A stretch of DNA of 64,000 nt, taken from positions 1-64,000 of IMG/VR virus record IMGVR_UViG_3300042892_002669; one strand, 5' to 3'. A program made the translations under genes and the position numbers. The notes beneath the pieces were generated by a model. It made no database searches. It was not told where the DNA came from and worked only from the letters and a program-made list of their open reading frames with translations. Positions 1 to 9,647 of the stretch are shown here, one piece after another (positions within the stretch are counted from its first letter, which is position 1; each line of letters opens with the position of its first letter). This stretch comes from a virus.

Positions 1-126
1 ATTTAAAGTCAAGTATGATATTGGCTGTTCTGATGTCATTGTCCTTCAATCGTTTGGTAACAGTCATTGCTTCATCAACTTTGCCATCAGGTCTTTTAAA
101 GTAGGTAATCAGTAAGTATCTCATAA

Positions 127-1053
127 TTACAGTGAGCTTAATTCACATAAGGTAGCAGCCAAGCTGATCTCCGGGATACCAACCAATGGCAAATTGGCCA
201 GTCCATTGCGTATAACAATAATAGCAGCATCTTTTTCATCTGGCGACTTGCCCCAAAGATCCAAGTTGTTGTACATCCACTGATAGGTATCTTCCAGTCT
301 GGTGGGATACAATTGCAAGTACTGCATCAGTGTCTTGCGACCTTCCAGTATCTTGCCTGCCTTAAACATATCAGTTGCTTCAATCAACAATTCATCTTCG
401 CTGTTGCCCACAGCAGCCAGTGATTGCAGTTTACCATCTGAACTGTTTACCTGCAATTGATTCAGGCATTTGCGCAAGTCTGGATAAGTGCCACGCACAT
501 AGCTGTCCAATGTGTCAATATCAAATTCCACTTGCTCGGCCAGCAACACTGTGGCTGCTCGTGCAGTGAATTCTGCTCGGTCAGTTTTGGTGATATGAAA
601 CTCGTGACAGCGTGATTTGAGTGCGGGAATGATTCTGTGTTGATAGTTACAAGTCAATATAAAGCGCACTGTTTGGTGATATGATTCCATATCGTTACGC
701 AGCGCTGCCTGTCCCTGCGGAGTAAGATAGTCTGCTTCGTCTAGCAAAACAACTTTAAACTTACCAAAGGGAATAGTCTGCACAAATCCAATGATCTTGT
801 TTCGGACAACATCAACTGAGTTCTCACGACTGGCATTGATTTCCAATACATCGTAGTCTTCAATTCCCAATTCATTGATCAATACCTTGGCCAATGTGGT
901 CTTGCCTGTACCTGGATCACCACTCAACAACAAGTGAGGAATACTGTCATCACGTATCCAACCCTGCACCTGCTGGCGCTGTCGGTCATCAACGAACACG
1001 TATTCTGCTACAGTAGAGGGACGATACTTTTCAACCCACAGCTTATTTTTCAT
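127..1053 (-). CDS. gp44: Clamp loader AAA+ subunit (RFC-small / T4 gp44-like)
   Basis: LWVEKYRP N-terminus, Walker A GDPGTGKT, Walker B LLDEAD, SRC motif (LKSRC). Confidence 0.95.
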   Translation of the reverse strand: MKNKLWVEKYRPSTVAEYVFVDDRQRQQVQGWIRDDSIPHLLLSGDPGTGKTTLAKVLINELGIEDYDVLEINASRENSVDVVRNKIIGFVQTIPFGKFKVVLLDEADYLTPQGQAALRNDMESYHQTVRFILTCNYQHRIIPALKSRCHEFHITKTDRAEFTARAATVLLAEQVEFDIDTLDSYVRGTYPDLRKCLNQLQVNSSDGKLQSLAAVGNSEDELLIEATDMFKAGKILEGRKTLMQYLQLYPTRLEDTYQWMYNNLDLWGKSPDEKDAAIIVIRNGLANLPLVGIPEISLAATLCELSSL

Positions 1054-1379
1054 CGCTTTAATGCCTCAAATGTGATAATTCTACCAATTGCTTCGCCCAA
1101 ATCTTCTTCAGCTTTAATGATGTGTAATGACACATTATGTGAATCTGCTTTATTATCGTAGTGACGTATTTCCAAGATGTTTCCACCACTGGCTGGATAC
1201 AGCATAAAGGTGATACCCTCAGCTCCGGGAGTTTTCTGCCCACTAGTACTAATAGCATTGATACGATGTCTATGGTGACGCATCATGGAAGAATTATCCG
1301 TAACTGAGCCTTCTTCCTCCTCCTCCAACATATTACCCTGTCTGGCCCAGGCCGCCAACTTACGTTTTAACCAATTCAT
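1050..1379 (-). CDS. Hypothetical protein
   Basis: 109-aa ORF packed between groES-like and clamp loader genes (4-nt overlap). Confidence 0.75.
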   Translation of the reverse strand: MNWLKRKLAAWARQGNMLEEEEEGSVTDNSSMMRHHRHRINAISTSGQKTPGAEGITFMLYPASGGNILEIRHYDNKADSHNVSLHIIKAEEDLGEAIGRIITFEALKR

Positions 1380-1742
1380 TTAATATACCTTATCACTCAT
1401 TGTTTGATCCTCAACTGGTTCATCACTGACCATGAGAATGTCTTTGATATCTACTTTGCGTATGGTTCTTTCACCACTAGCGTCTTCAATTTTGATACCA
1501 CGAGTCCAACGACCGTGACTTACCAGAATGTATTCACCAACTTTCAAGTGCTCCTGTTCAGGACCCACTGCATAGATTTTACACCATCTGGGTCTGATAC
1601 CACTCAGCTTGGTGTCATCGTTTAGTAGTAGGATACCACCAGTGGTTAGGCGCTCGCTAAATATCATATCGGTTACAATAACCGAATCCTTTAATGCCTT
1701 GAGTTCATTGACTCTGTGTGCTTGGAACGCTGATTCTTTCAT
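1380..1742 (-). CDS. groES: GroES/Cpn10-like co-chaperonin
   Basis: LKALKDSVIV, mobile loop TTGGILL, AVGP..LKVGEYIL, DILMV; start moved to ATG 1742. Confidence 0.85.
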   Translation of the reverse strand: MKESAFQAHRVNELKALKDSVIVTDMIFSERLTTGGILLLNDDTKLSGIRPRWCKIYAVGPEQEHLKVGEYILVSHGRWTRGIKIEDASGERTIRKVDIKDILMVSDEPVEDQTMSDKVY

Positions 1743-1774
1743 AGTCTCTATTATAGTTAGGTTAGTTGGTAATA

Positions 1775-2161
1775 TCAAGTGTTTTGGTTATCTTGGTCAG
1801 TATCCTCATCTAATTGCTCAAATTCTCTCTCAAGTTCGGTCAATTCGTCAGGATCTATTTTTGGTTTGGTTGCTGCTTTAGTTGCAGTGGTTTTGGTTGC
1901 AACAGGCTTGGCTGCTATTACTGGCTGTGGTGCAGGTGCCGCAGTACCAGTCACATCGCTGGCCATTGCTCTAGCATCAATTGTATTATTATATACTCCA
2001 CTTACTCGTTTGTTGTTGTCATGTATAACATTGCCATGGCTATCTAGTACATCTCCACGGGCATTTACATTCATGTTACCCACCGCCCTTACTTTTTCAT
2101 TTTGTGCCTTGAGTGCTGCCATATCTATGTTCTTACCCATTGCTGTGCTGTATTTTGACAT
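1775..2161 (-). CDS. Hypothetical protein
   Basis: 128-aa ORF with GGAG RBS, Ala/Thr/Lys linker and acidic tail. Confidence 0.75.
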   Translation of the reverse strand: MSKYSTAMGKNIDMAALKAQNEKVRAVGNMNVNARGDVLDSHGNVIHDNNKRVSGVYNNTIDARAMASDVTGTAAPAPQPVIAAKPVATKTTATKAATKPKIDPDELTELEREFEQLDEDTDQDNQNT

Positions 2162-2170
2162 ATATTTCTC

Positions 2171-2677
2171 CTATTTTAAAAACTCGTCGATTGACAAGTC
2201 GTAATGCAAGCTATTTATTCTGTGTACCCCTATGCAGTACAAAACAAAACTAGCTATACTACTTCCCCTACCCACTCCCCACAAGACATTGTTACTGCGC
2301 ATGGTATCCACTAGGTATTTTAAATACCTGAGCATGGGAAACAGTCCACGTTCTTGGAACATGATCAGTTCTTGTCCTGCTCTCTGTAGTTCACTGTCAG
2401 CCTTACACTGATCCAATACATATTGGGCAATGTCTATGTTCTTGTATTCCGCAGGCATATACCAATTTAATTGCATTGACCGATCAAACTGCTTGATATC
2501 TACTTCTGGTTGTTGATAAACTGTTATTCTTGGTGCGTTAACCAACTCCAGTACTTCGTCAAAGGAAATGGGTTCCTCGACCAGTACCTGGTGGATTTTA
2601 GCGTCTGGATCTTGTAGATACACTGCACACAAATCAGCTGGTGTGAGTATCTGTTGTCCGTATAAATCAGTTCTCAT
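2171..2677 (-). CDS. dnaE: DNA polymerase III alpha (DnaE)-like, N-terminal palm fragment (split gene part 1)
   Basis: R...EL..F..RG, GVGRGSSIASFVLYCIGVHRINSLHYDLSIDEFLK matches DnaE GPGRGS..GSLVAY.L.IT..DPL...LLFERFL; stops just before the PDxDxD motif. Confidence 0.9.
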   Translation of the reverse strand: MRTDLYGQQILTPADLCAVYLQDPDAKIHQVLVEEPISFDEVLELVNAPRITVYQQPEVDIKQFDRSMQLNWYMPAEYKNIDIAQYVLDQCKADSELQRAGQELIMFQERGLFPMLRYLKYLVDTMRSNNVLWGVGRGSSIASFVLYCIGVHRINSLHYDLSIDEFLK

Positions 2678-2683
2678 TTGACT

Positions 2684-2712
2684 AGTATAACACCTAATCA
2701 AACAAATAGCAA
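2684..2712 (-). promoter_or_regulatory. Sigma70-type promoter (TTGCTA-17-TATACT), 6 nt before ATG 2677
   Basis: Near-consensus hexamers with 17-bp spacer. Confidence 0.6.
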
Positions 2713-2715
2713 CAG

Positions 2716-3330
2716 TTATTTTTCCGGTTTGTTGTCAAAACTGGCAAATACTATTTCACTGGATGAACCAGTAAAGGGCAATATGTCTTCTTCCCAACCC
2801 AAAAACAAATCATCCCAAGTAGATGAACTCTTGACCAATTTAACTACCTTTTTGGACTTGTTGTTTTTTGTCAGATTGTTTACCTTCAAACTGCTTTCAT
2901 TCCACCAACCCTCTTTGACAAACGGTCCCACAGTTTCTTCTACGCTGTGGTGACAGTTTACCCCATCACTGAGTTTAGAGGTTATGGCTATGTCAGTTAC
3001 AGTCAATCTGCCGTCAGTTATTGCGTTGATTTTTAACAACAGCATGATTCCTATTACCTGATCGTAGGGTAGTTCAGGTAGAGTACATATCTTTAAATCA
3101 GCATCCATGTACTTTTGGATCATTTCTGTGTCAGTTTCATCTATAAAGATAGTGCTCTCCAATGCTTTGTCAAACAAGTGATTTACTCTGTCCAGTGCTA
3201 TGTTTTGCTCACGCACATTGGTGGATTCTACCGTAAAGTGTATGTCTGCATCGTATGAGTTCATAAAGAACACACCCTTGAAGTAGGCTCCAGATTGGAA
3301 ACTAAAGGTACGACTTATTCTTGCTGTCAT
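2716..3330 (-). CDS. Hypothetical protein (possibly degenerate QueD/PTPS-like T-fold)
   Basis: 204-aa ORF; N-terminal ARISRTFSF resembles the first strand of QueD but His ligands are absent. Confidence 0.6.
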   Translation of the reverse strand: MTARISRTFSFQSGAYFKGVFFMNSYDADIHFTVESTNVREQNIALDRVNHLFDKALESTIFIDETDTEMIQKYMDADLKICTLPELPYDQVIGIMLLLKINAITDGRLTVTDIAITSKLSDGVNCHHSVEETVGPFVKEGWWNESSLKVNNLTKNNKSKKVVKLVKSSSTWDDLFLGWEEDILPFTGSSSEIVFASFDNKPEK

Positions 3331-3566
3331 TTTTTATTTTCGCCTGAGATGTTGATTTGGCCCTGCACGTTGCGCTTCTCGTACATTGCGTCTATGCGTT
3401 TGGTATATTCTACGTTGTAGCTTTCTATTACCATGCGCAGTTGCTGAATCATGGTTGCATTTTGCATTCTTAATGCAAATGACATCTTGCTCTGGAGATC
3501 ACCAATAGTTTTGGTGAGTTCGTCCATAGTTTTGTCAGATAGATCGTTGATGAATGGATGTTGCAT
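3327..3566 (-). CDS. Hypothetical coiled-coil protein
   Basis: 79-aa helical ORF just downstream of a late-promoter-like CTAAATA. Confidence 0.75.
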   Translation of the reverse strand: MQHPFINDLSDKTMDELTKTIGDLQSKMSFALRMQNATMIQQLRMVIESYNVEYTKRIDAMYEKRNVQGQINISGENKK

Positions 3567-3578
3567 CCATATATTTAG

Positions 3579-4610
3579 TTAGTAGGCGCTGGGTGAAATT
3601 CTTTTCCATATGGGACTCGCGCCATTTGTGTAGCTATTAGTGCATACATAAACATAATCTGCATCTACTTTTACTGCACCATGAACATCTGTGATATCAC
3701 CGGTTGGTAGCTGGCGCTTGTATGCTGCTGCATTTAGTGTGACCAATGCATCAGCAGTTAATGTCAAACTGGTATTGCTTGCTATAGAAGCCACTGTACC
3801 AATAACACTATTAGTTGAATCCAATATTACTCTACCCGCCACCAATTCAGTAGTAAACAGGGTGCCCACACCCACCACTGTACCCGAACTACCCACTGTG
3901 GTGATGGTGCCAGTGGCAGTCACATTGGAGACAGTGGGCGTACCTGCTAACACTACCTGTGATGCTCTTTGGCTTCTGTTTACTGGAACGATTTCCATAG
4001 TAGTACCGCAATCCAGCGTACTGATCACGTAGTGCAGTTGATTTACTCCGGCTGGGATAGTTAATGTGTTAGTATAGGTTACATTAGTACCCGGTATTGC
4101 TACGTTAGAACTATAATTTTCCAACAGTCTGGCGCTGGCAGTCATTCCATTAGTAGGTATCGAATTAGTAAGTGTAGTCTCTGGTAGTGTAATCATCGCG
4201 GCTGAGTTTGCAATAGTGAGAACTAGTTGCACATTGCTCTGTGTACCACTGGGTGCCCATCCACCGAAATCAATTGTGGTGTTACCTGTTATTGTACCGT
4301 AATGCACATCAGCTAAATTGACATTTACTTTTTGTGTCTCTGCAACATTTGTACCCAGATTATATGTAGTTGCTCTAAAGCTTTTTACCAGTGCGTTGCT
4401 GATTAACGTGTTGGCCATGTCATTGTTCAAGTTGATGCCTGTTAATCCAGACTTGACAATTGCTTTATTTTGTATATCAGTTATTTCTATGCTGGCAGTG
4501 TCAAGACTGTTCTTTAAGCTGGCAAAGTTATCACGAAAGCCCTGGCTATTGTTATTGACCCCAGGTACAGGATAGTTTGAATTAATTCCGTTAGTGTTTA
4601 TTGCACTCAT
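3579..4610 (-). CDS. Virion structural protein (tail/baseplate-associated)
   Basis: YPVPGVNNNSQGFRDNF N-terminus, Thr/Gly-rich beta body, fibre-like C-terminal YVYVC...WKR. Confidence 0.7.
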   Translation of the reverse strand: MSAINTNGINSNYPVPGVNNNSQGFRDNFASLKNSLDTASIEITDIQNKAIVKSGLTGINLNNDMANTLISNALVKSFRATTYNLGTNVAETQKVNVNLADVHYGTITGNTTIDFGGWAPSGTQSNVQLVLTIANSAAMITLPETTLTNSIPTNGMTASARLLENYSSNVAIPGTNVTYTNTLTIPAGVNQLHYVISTLDCGTTMEIVPVNRSQRASQVVLAGTPTVSNVTATGTITTVGSSGTVVGVGTLFTTELVAGRVILDSTNSVIGTVASIASNTSLTLTADALVTLNAAAYKRQLPTGDITDVHGAVKVDADYVYVCTNSYTNGASPIWKRISPSAY

Positions 4611-4647
4611 ATTGTTTTCCGTTGTGTCAGTTGTGTATTTAGTTCAA

Positions 4648-6801
4648 TTATTTGGGTAGTATTGTTTTTCTGGGGAACAACACATAGAAGTCATGCATAT
4701 CTATTGGATCAGGTGCCGGAGTTGAACTGGGTAGATTTAACCATTCTGGTTTACTCAAATAGCTGTTGTAATCAAAGGTTGAACTCTTGTCTACTGCATA
4801 TCTGTCTATCTGGAAATAAATCTCATTTAACTTGTGATTCCAGTCATTGTTTATATTGTCCACTACAGCCTGAGCATAACCAGGTTTGGTATAACAGACT
4901 ACCCATGCTTGTGTATATCCCAAAATACTGCCATTGGGTTGTTGACTGCGCATCCATCTGGGCAACAATTGACTGTCATAATTTTCGTCCAGTACACTGG
5001 CTATCTGCTTTCTCATGTTGGCAAAGCTGGCAGGATATACTGTTATAATAGAACCTGGATCTAAACTGGTAGAATAATCAATATTGTTTGTGTCATCACG
5101 CTCATAACTGTCGTATATGTTATTTTGTTTAGTATCCCACGGACCCTTGTTTAAATTGATATACTTGGGCCATCTGATCTTTTGCGCTACGCTGGTACCA
5201 TCTGCCTTAGCCAAGCTGTCAATGATCTCACTGTAAACAACTTCATGCAACACATTGCCCAGTTCATCTTTGGCCACTGCTGTCTTTAGTGGTCCCAGGG
5301 TAACGCTTCTCCAATAATGACTTAGGTCGATAGCTGACACATACTGCTCAATGGTACTGGCATTTATTCCATATACTTGCACGAACTTTACCTCTTTGGC
5401 TTTTCCAAAATATACATCATCTGGTCTGTACAGATATTCGGTAGGAATCAATGCGTCATCAGTTAACAGTGAATCTATTATCTTTCTGTCTGATAGGTTG
5501 GTAGTGGCCTTGAAATACATGTTGTCAGTGGGCACAGCAAAATACTGTTTGACAGTGACAGTGAATGTTCTGGTACTGCTTATCAGTGGATAAAAGGGAG
5601 CATATGCTCTGATGGTAAAGTTGAACACAGTGCTATCACCATGTGATAGAACTTTATTAGTTGGCTGATTGACTACCTTACCCAACAACTGTCCATTCTT
5701 GGCCAGTTTAAGGGCAGGTGGTAAATCACCGGATACCACTTCATAGATTAAATCAGCATCAGCAGTTGCCGACACTTCAAATTCTGATATGGTGTTGTTG
5801 TTAATGGTTCCTAAATTTTCGGCGGTAGTCCAGGTTACATTTGCACTTAGGTTATTGGCAACCCTGACAGTAAATGTCTGTACTTTGCTTGAATGTGTTG
5901 AATTACTCACTCTAACACTGTACTGATAATCGTTTATACCAAATTTACTCAGAGTAGGATTACCAGTTATCCAACCAGTTACTGGATCACCTATTAGCCC
6001 CATGGGTAAGTCAAGATATTCGTAAGTTAGTACATCTTTGTCAAAATCATGGCCTATTATCTTAAAGGTAAAATAGTTTCCACTTTGTGTAGTGGGAACG
6101 TGACCATCTTGTACGTAATAATCGTGATAGGGATCTTGCTTGTCTATGACGAATGTCATGGGCATATAATTTAATATTGCGGGAACTCTACGAATAGATG
6201 CACTGGCCAATTGAACGTTTTCTACTACGATATTATACTCAATTAAGGAAGAACCGGCGTCAGTGGTCAACTGTAATGTGAACGTACTAGTGATGGTGGT
6301 GGGGTTACCGTTAACTGATAGTGGAGGCATTGGGTACCCACGTATCAATCCATATTGATTCATTTCTAGTCCAGCTGGCAGTGCACCTGAAACTACACTG
6401 ATAAGTGCACCTGGATATTCTGTCATGCCAATGTACTCAACTTGATACTCTATCCATACTGAGTCAGTGGTGCTAATCAGTGTGCCTGGTGTGGCTACAA
6501 ATGAGGGCACTGCTCGCTTTAATATGGTAATAGAAAATGTGCGGTCGCTGATAATGCCCAAATTATCTGTGGCTCTGACAGTAAACGTACTTGTAGCATC
6601 CACGTTTGACTCATTTGGCCTTCCTCTGATCACGCCCAGCTGATCTATTGTCATATTGGCGGGTAGTGCACCGTTTAATAAGGTGAACGTTAAGCTGCTG
6701 GCAGGGTAAGTGGGATCAGCCAGCAATTCTATTCTGCTGACTCTATCTGAACTGTAAGATCCCAAACTACCCTTGGGTGTTAACCAAATTGGCTGAGCCA
6801 T
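4648..6801 (-). CDS. Multi Ig-like-domain virion protein (baseplate-associated)
   Basis: Four repeats of LP.G/(N)L/M.....G.I/L.G.P/V followed by FT+RA, typical of putative Ig (He_PIG-like) domains. Confidence 0.75.
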   Translation of the reverse strand: MAQPIWLTPKGSLGSYSSDRVSRIELLADPTYPASSLTFTLLNGALPANMTIDQLGVIRGRPNESNVDATSTFTVRATDNLGIISDRTFSITILKRAVPSFVATPGTLISTTDSVWIEYQVEYIGMTEYPGALISVVSGALPAGLEMNQYGLIRGYPMPPLSVNGNPTTITSTFTLQLTTDAGSSLIEYNIVVENVQLASASIRRVPAILNYMPMTFVIDKQDPYHDYYVQDGHVPTTQSGNYFTFKIIGHDFDKDVLTYEYLDLPMGLIGDPVTGWITGNPTLSKFGINDYQYSVRVSNSTHSSKVQTFTVRVANNLSANVTWTTAENLGTINNNTISEFEVSATADADLIYEVVSGDLPPALKLAKNGQLLGKVVNQPTNKVLSHGDSTVFNFTIRAYAPFYPLISSTRTFTVTVKQYFAVPTDNMYFKATTNLSDRKIIDSLLTDDALIPTEYLYRPDDVYFGKAKEVKFVQVYGINASTIEQYVSAIDLSHYWRSVTLGPLKTAVAKDELGNVLHEVVYSEIIDSLAKADGTSVAQKIRWPKYINLNKGPWDTKQNNIYDSYERDDTNNIDYSTSLDPGSIITVYPASFANMRKQIASVLDENYDSQLLPRWMRSQQPNGSILGYTQAWVVCYTKPGYAQAVVDNINNDWNHKLNEIYFQIDRYAVDKSSTFDYNSYLSKPEWLNLPSSTPAPDPIDMHDFYVLFPRKTILPK

Positions 6802-6806
6802 TTATA

Positions 6807-7424
6807 TTATCCTAATAACTTCAATGCAAGTTCATAATGATGTTTACGGTCTTCCAATCCAATAGTACCACCATTGATGCGTTTGGTTAATCCAGTAAAA
6901 TCGTCGTTGTCGCAGTACTTGTTTAGGTTGTTGTTGTCCCAGAACCAACCTGCACTGCTAACAGCGCCTTCTGGTGTCTCCAAGTATGCAACTGTTTCGT
7001 CTATGCTGATGCCCAAGTCTGCAGCAAATTTGGTGTAGTTTTGTTTACCAGTCAGTTGAATCAATCCACGACCACAGAATTTATATCCGTCACCGCTGGC
7101 TTCATCACCATTGCCCATACGATTAGCATATACTCTGTTTGCAATCTTTGCACCTTGTTTTTCATATTGTTTGGCGATAGCATCATCTGCAAAATATTTT
7201 TTGAATGTGGTTCTTAATCCTTTTGCACTATAACCCAAATTCTCTTTAACGAAATTAAAGCCACCTGATTCGTGTGCTACCTGTGCTACAAACGCAGCGG
7301 CGCGCTTTTTGTTTATATACATGTCATAGTATTCTGCTGTTTCATGCAGAGATTCAGCATACTTCTGCAATACTGCAGGTTTAGTTTTTGGGCACAGTTG
7401 TTTTAATAAATCTAGTGTAATCAT
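6807..7424 (-). CDS. Glycoside hydrolase family 19 endolysin
   Basis: AAFVAQVAHESGGF, YANRMGNG, GRGLIQLTGKQNY, SAGWFW, TKRINGG.IGLEDR. Confidence 0.93.
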   Translation of the reverse strand: MITLDLLKQLCPKTKPAVLQKYAESLHETAEYYDMYINKKRAAAFVAQVAHESGGFNFVKENLGYSAKGLRTTFKKYFADDAIAKQYEKQGAKIANRVYANRMGNGDEASGDGYKFCGRGLIQLTGKQNYTKFAADLGISIDETVAYLETPEGAVSSAGWFWDNNNLNKYCDNDDFTGLTKRINGGTIGLEDRKHHYELALKLLG

Positions 7425-7435
7425 CAGTTTTTCCT

Positions 7436-9550
7436 TTAAATTCTTCCTATAGCCACTTCAATTATGCCACTGGCACCTGAGAAGTTTTCTAGGCTCTTGC
7501 CTATCACAGTGCCTATCATGGGACTGGTAAATGCAGTGGCTATGCCTTCTCCTGCACTCACTATCATATCGCCCTTGTGTATAACGCCAGTTACTCGTAC
7601 TGGTACTCTACCCTGCAGTGCAACTGCAACAGGAAACTCACAGTTAATGTTAGTGTTCATCACATATGAAGGATCAGTGGTGACCACGCCTGCTACTCGG
7701 TTACTCATTGCAGTGTTGCATGTGGTGATCTCATATTCGCCGCCAAACTCTACCACTGTGCCTGGTTCAATGTTTTTATCTGCTGCATAGTACTCAGCCA
7801 AGTCTGCACCAATGGTGGCAAATACAGATCCTGCTGTCAATTGCCAGTTACCGGTAAGCAGACCCGGTGTGGTATTAGCACCAGTTGTTATAGAGCCAAC
7901 AGTTATCTCAGCCGCGGTGACCAGATTGGCAACAATGGCATTGGCATCTATATTTTCAAGAATACTTATATTGGGTGCGTATAGATAACCCAAGTTTGAG
8001 TTGAAACTTATATAGGGATTGGTTTTGATCTGCAAGTCACCAGTTGGATCACTGACGAAACTGACAAAGTAAGTACCAACCCCAACTGAGTTAGGTGCGA
8101 AATCAAACAAAGCTATGTTTGACTTGTAACTTAAATTAGCTGACTCCACTGTACCGAACACATTGGCAGCTTGTATATTACTTATATAGCCGCCGTCGCC
8201 CAAAAAGTAATTGGCGATCACGCTATTGCCTAAACTGGCGCTGGCGCCAGTTACAATAGGACCCACTACATATAAGCTATCCAAATCACCAACACTGGTG
8301 ATAGCAGGTTGCGCTGCTGTTGTCACTGTGCCTGCTGTAGTTGCAGAGTTAGCAACATTGGCTGACTCTGCGTGGCTTGCGTTAGCTACAGTGCCTATCA
8401 CACTATTGGCACTTAGATTAACTAATCCTGCCCCGTTACCACTAATAGAAGCAGTGGTGATACTAACTGCAAACATATTGGAGAGCACAGTGTTTTCAGC
8501 AACGGTTAAATTACCAGTGCTTAAATCTTGATCAACTATTATGTTACCAGTAGTAACCAAGTTGCCCACTGTGGTGGTGCTAGTTACGCTTAATTGAGAT
8601 AACGTGCCAACACTGGTTATGTTGGGTTGATCTGGATTAATAACTGTTACTGATTGAGTACTCAGATCAGCAAAACTGGCCGCGTCAGCAAAGGATGCTG
8701 AGCTGGCAGTGGCCACAGTTCCTGTGATATTAGCTGCTTGGATGTTACTCAAGTTGTTTCCACTGCCTATGAAGTAATTGGCAATAAGTGCATTACCCAA
8801 ATTGGCATTGGTTGCAGTAATGTTACCAGTTACAGTTAAACCAGAGAGTGTTCCAATGCTGGTAACATTTGGCTGAGCTGCAGTGGTCAATATGCCAGTT
8901 ACATAATTTGCAGTGAGTAAGTTGCCGGCCGCTACGTTTTGTGAGGTGATGTTACCTATTACGTTCAGTGTGGTCTCGTTCCAAGATAACTCTGAACTTC
9001 CACCGATTGTGCCCTGCTTGTTGTATAGGATACTGGTGTTACTTGAGGGGCTTGTGTATGCTGCAGCGTCAACTAAAGCTGCAGTAACATTACCCAAGAA
9101 AGTGGGAGCAGTGATATCGCCAGCAGAGGTTAATGATGTCAGTGTGCCCACTGTGGTAATATTGGGTTGCGAACTAGAATTGCTAGCTAACGTGCCCACT
9201 AAGTTACCAGTTGCTACCACGTTCACAGTGGAAATTGTATTTGCCAATGTAATCACAAAAGGAGTTCCACCTTGTGTGATAGTGGCTGAGTTACTGGTGG
9301 CTGTACCTATACCAACTAACAAACTGTTGCCTGTTTTCAACGTAACATTGGCTATGTTTGCTGCCAATACTACACTGCCCAAGTCTAATGTTTGGGTTAG
9401 TCCTGTACTGGCAACTATTCCGGTTACTCCGTTGATAGCTACAGAATACAGTTCTGTAATGTTGTCTTGTGTCTTTGCAAATGCTGCTCTTATAGAATCT
9501 GCATTTGCATCATTGGGGAATGATCCGAAGTCAATTGTTTGTTGTGACAT
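7436..9550 (-). CDS. Tail fibre/spike with C-terminal autoproteolytic intramolecular-chaperone-like domain
   Basis: PND..ADSIRAAF.K N-terminus, QPNITSVGTL repeats, C-terminal ADLAEYY..GTVV..GVV..P..VAL.GRVPVRV.G..GKSL. Confidence 0.8.
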   Translation of the reverse strand: MSQQTIDFGSFPNDANADSIRAAFAKTQDNITELYSVAINGVTGIVASTGLTQTLDLGSVVLAANIANVTLKTGNSLLVGIGTATSNSATITQGGTPFVITLANTISTVNVVATGNLVGTLASNSSSQPNITTVGTLTSLTSAGDITAPTFLGNVTAALVDAAAYTSPSSNTSILYNKQGTIGGSSELSWNETTLNVIGNITSQNVAAGNLLTANYVTGILTTAAQPNVTSIGTLSGLTVTGNITATNANLGNALIANYFIGSGNNLSNIQAANITGTVATASSASFADAASFADLSTQSVTVINPDQPNITSVGTLSQLSVTSTTTVGNLVTTGNIIVDQDLSTGNLTVAENTVLSNMFAVSITTASISGNGAGLVNLSANSVIGTVANASHAESANVANSATTAGTVTTAAQPAITSVGDLDSLYVVGPIVTGASASLGNSVIANYFLGDGGYISNIQAANVFGTVESANLSYKSNIALFDFAPNSVGVGTYFVSFVSDPTGDLQIKTNPYISFNSNLGYLYAPNISILENIDANAIVANLVTAAEITVGSITTGANTTPGLLTGNWQLTAGSVFATIGADLAEYYAADKNIEPGTVVEFGGEYEITTCNTAMSNRVAGVVTTDPSYVMNTNINCEFPVAVALQGRVPVRVTGVIHKGDMIVSAGEGIATAFTSPMIGTVIGKSLENFSGASGIIEVAIGRI

Positions 9551-9570
9551 GTCTATTTTACCTTATAGAG

Positions 9571-9578
9571 TATTTATC
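9571..9578 (-). promoter_or_regulatory. T4-like late promoter GATAAATA
   Basis: One of over 20 intergenic (G/C/T)(A/C)TAAATA copies oriented toward structural genes. Confidence 0.7.
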
Positions 9579-9602
9579 GCTATTAATAAACTTATCGTAA
9601 CC

Positions 9603-9633
9603 AAAAAAATAGCCCGGAGAACCGAGCTATTTT
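9603..9633. terminator. Intrinsic terminator
   Basis: AAAATAGC.CGG-AGAA-CCG.GCTATTTT hairpin, U-tract on the minus strand, downstream of the 1343-aa gene. Confidence 0.75.
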
Positions 9634-9647
9634 AGACTGCACGTGTA

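Noticed and set aside
2171-2677. Split intein or pseudogene explanation for the DnaE halves
   Set aside because: No intein N- or C-terminal sequence on either half; both ORFs are intact and keep catalytic motifs.
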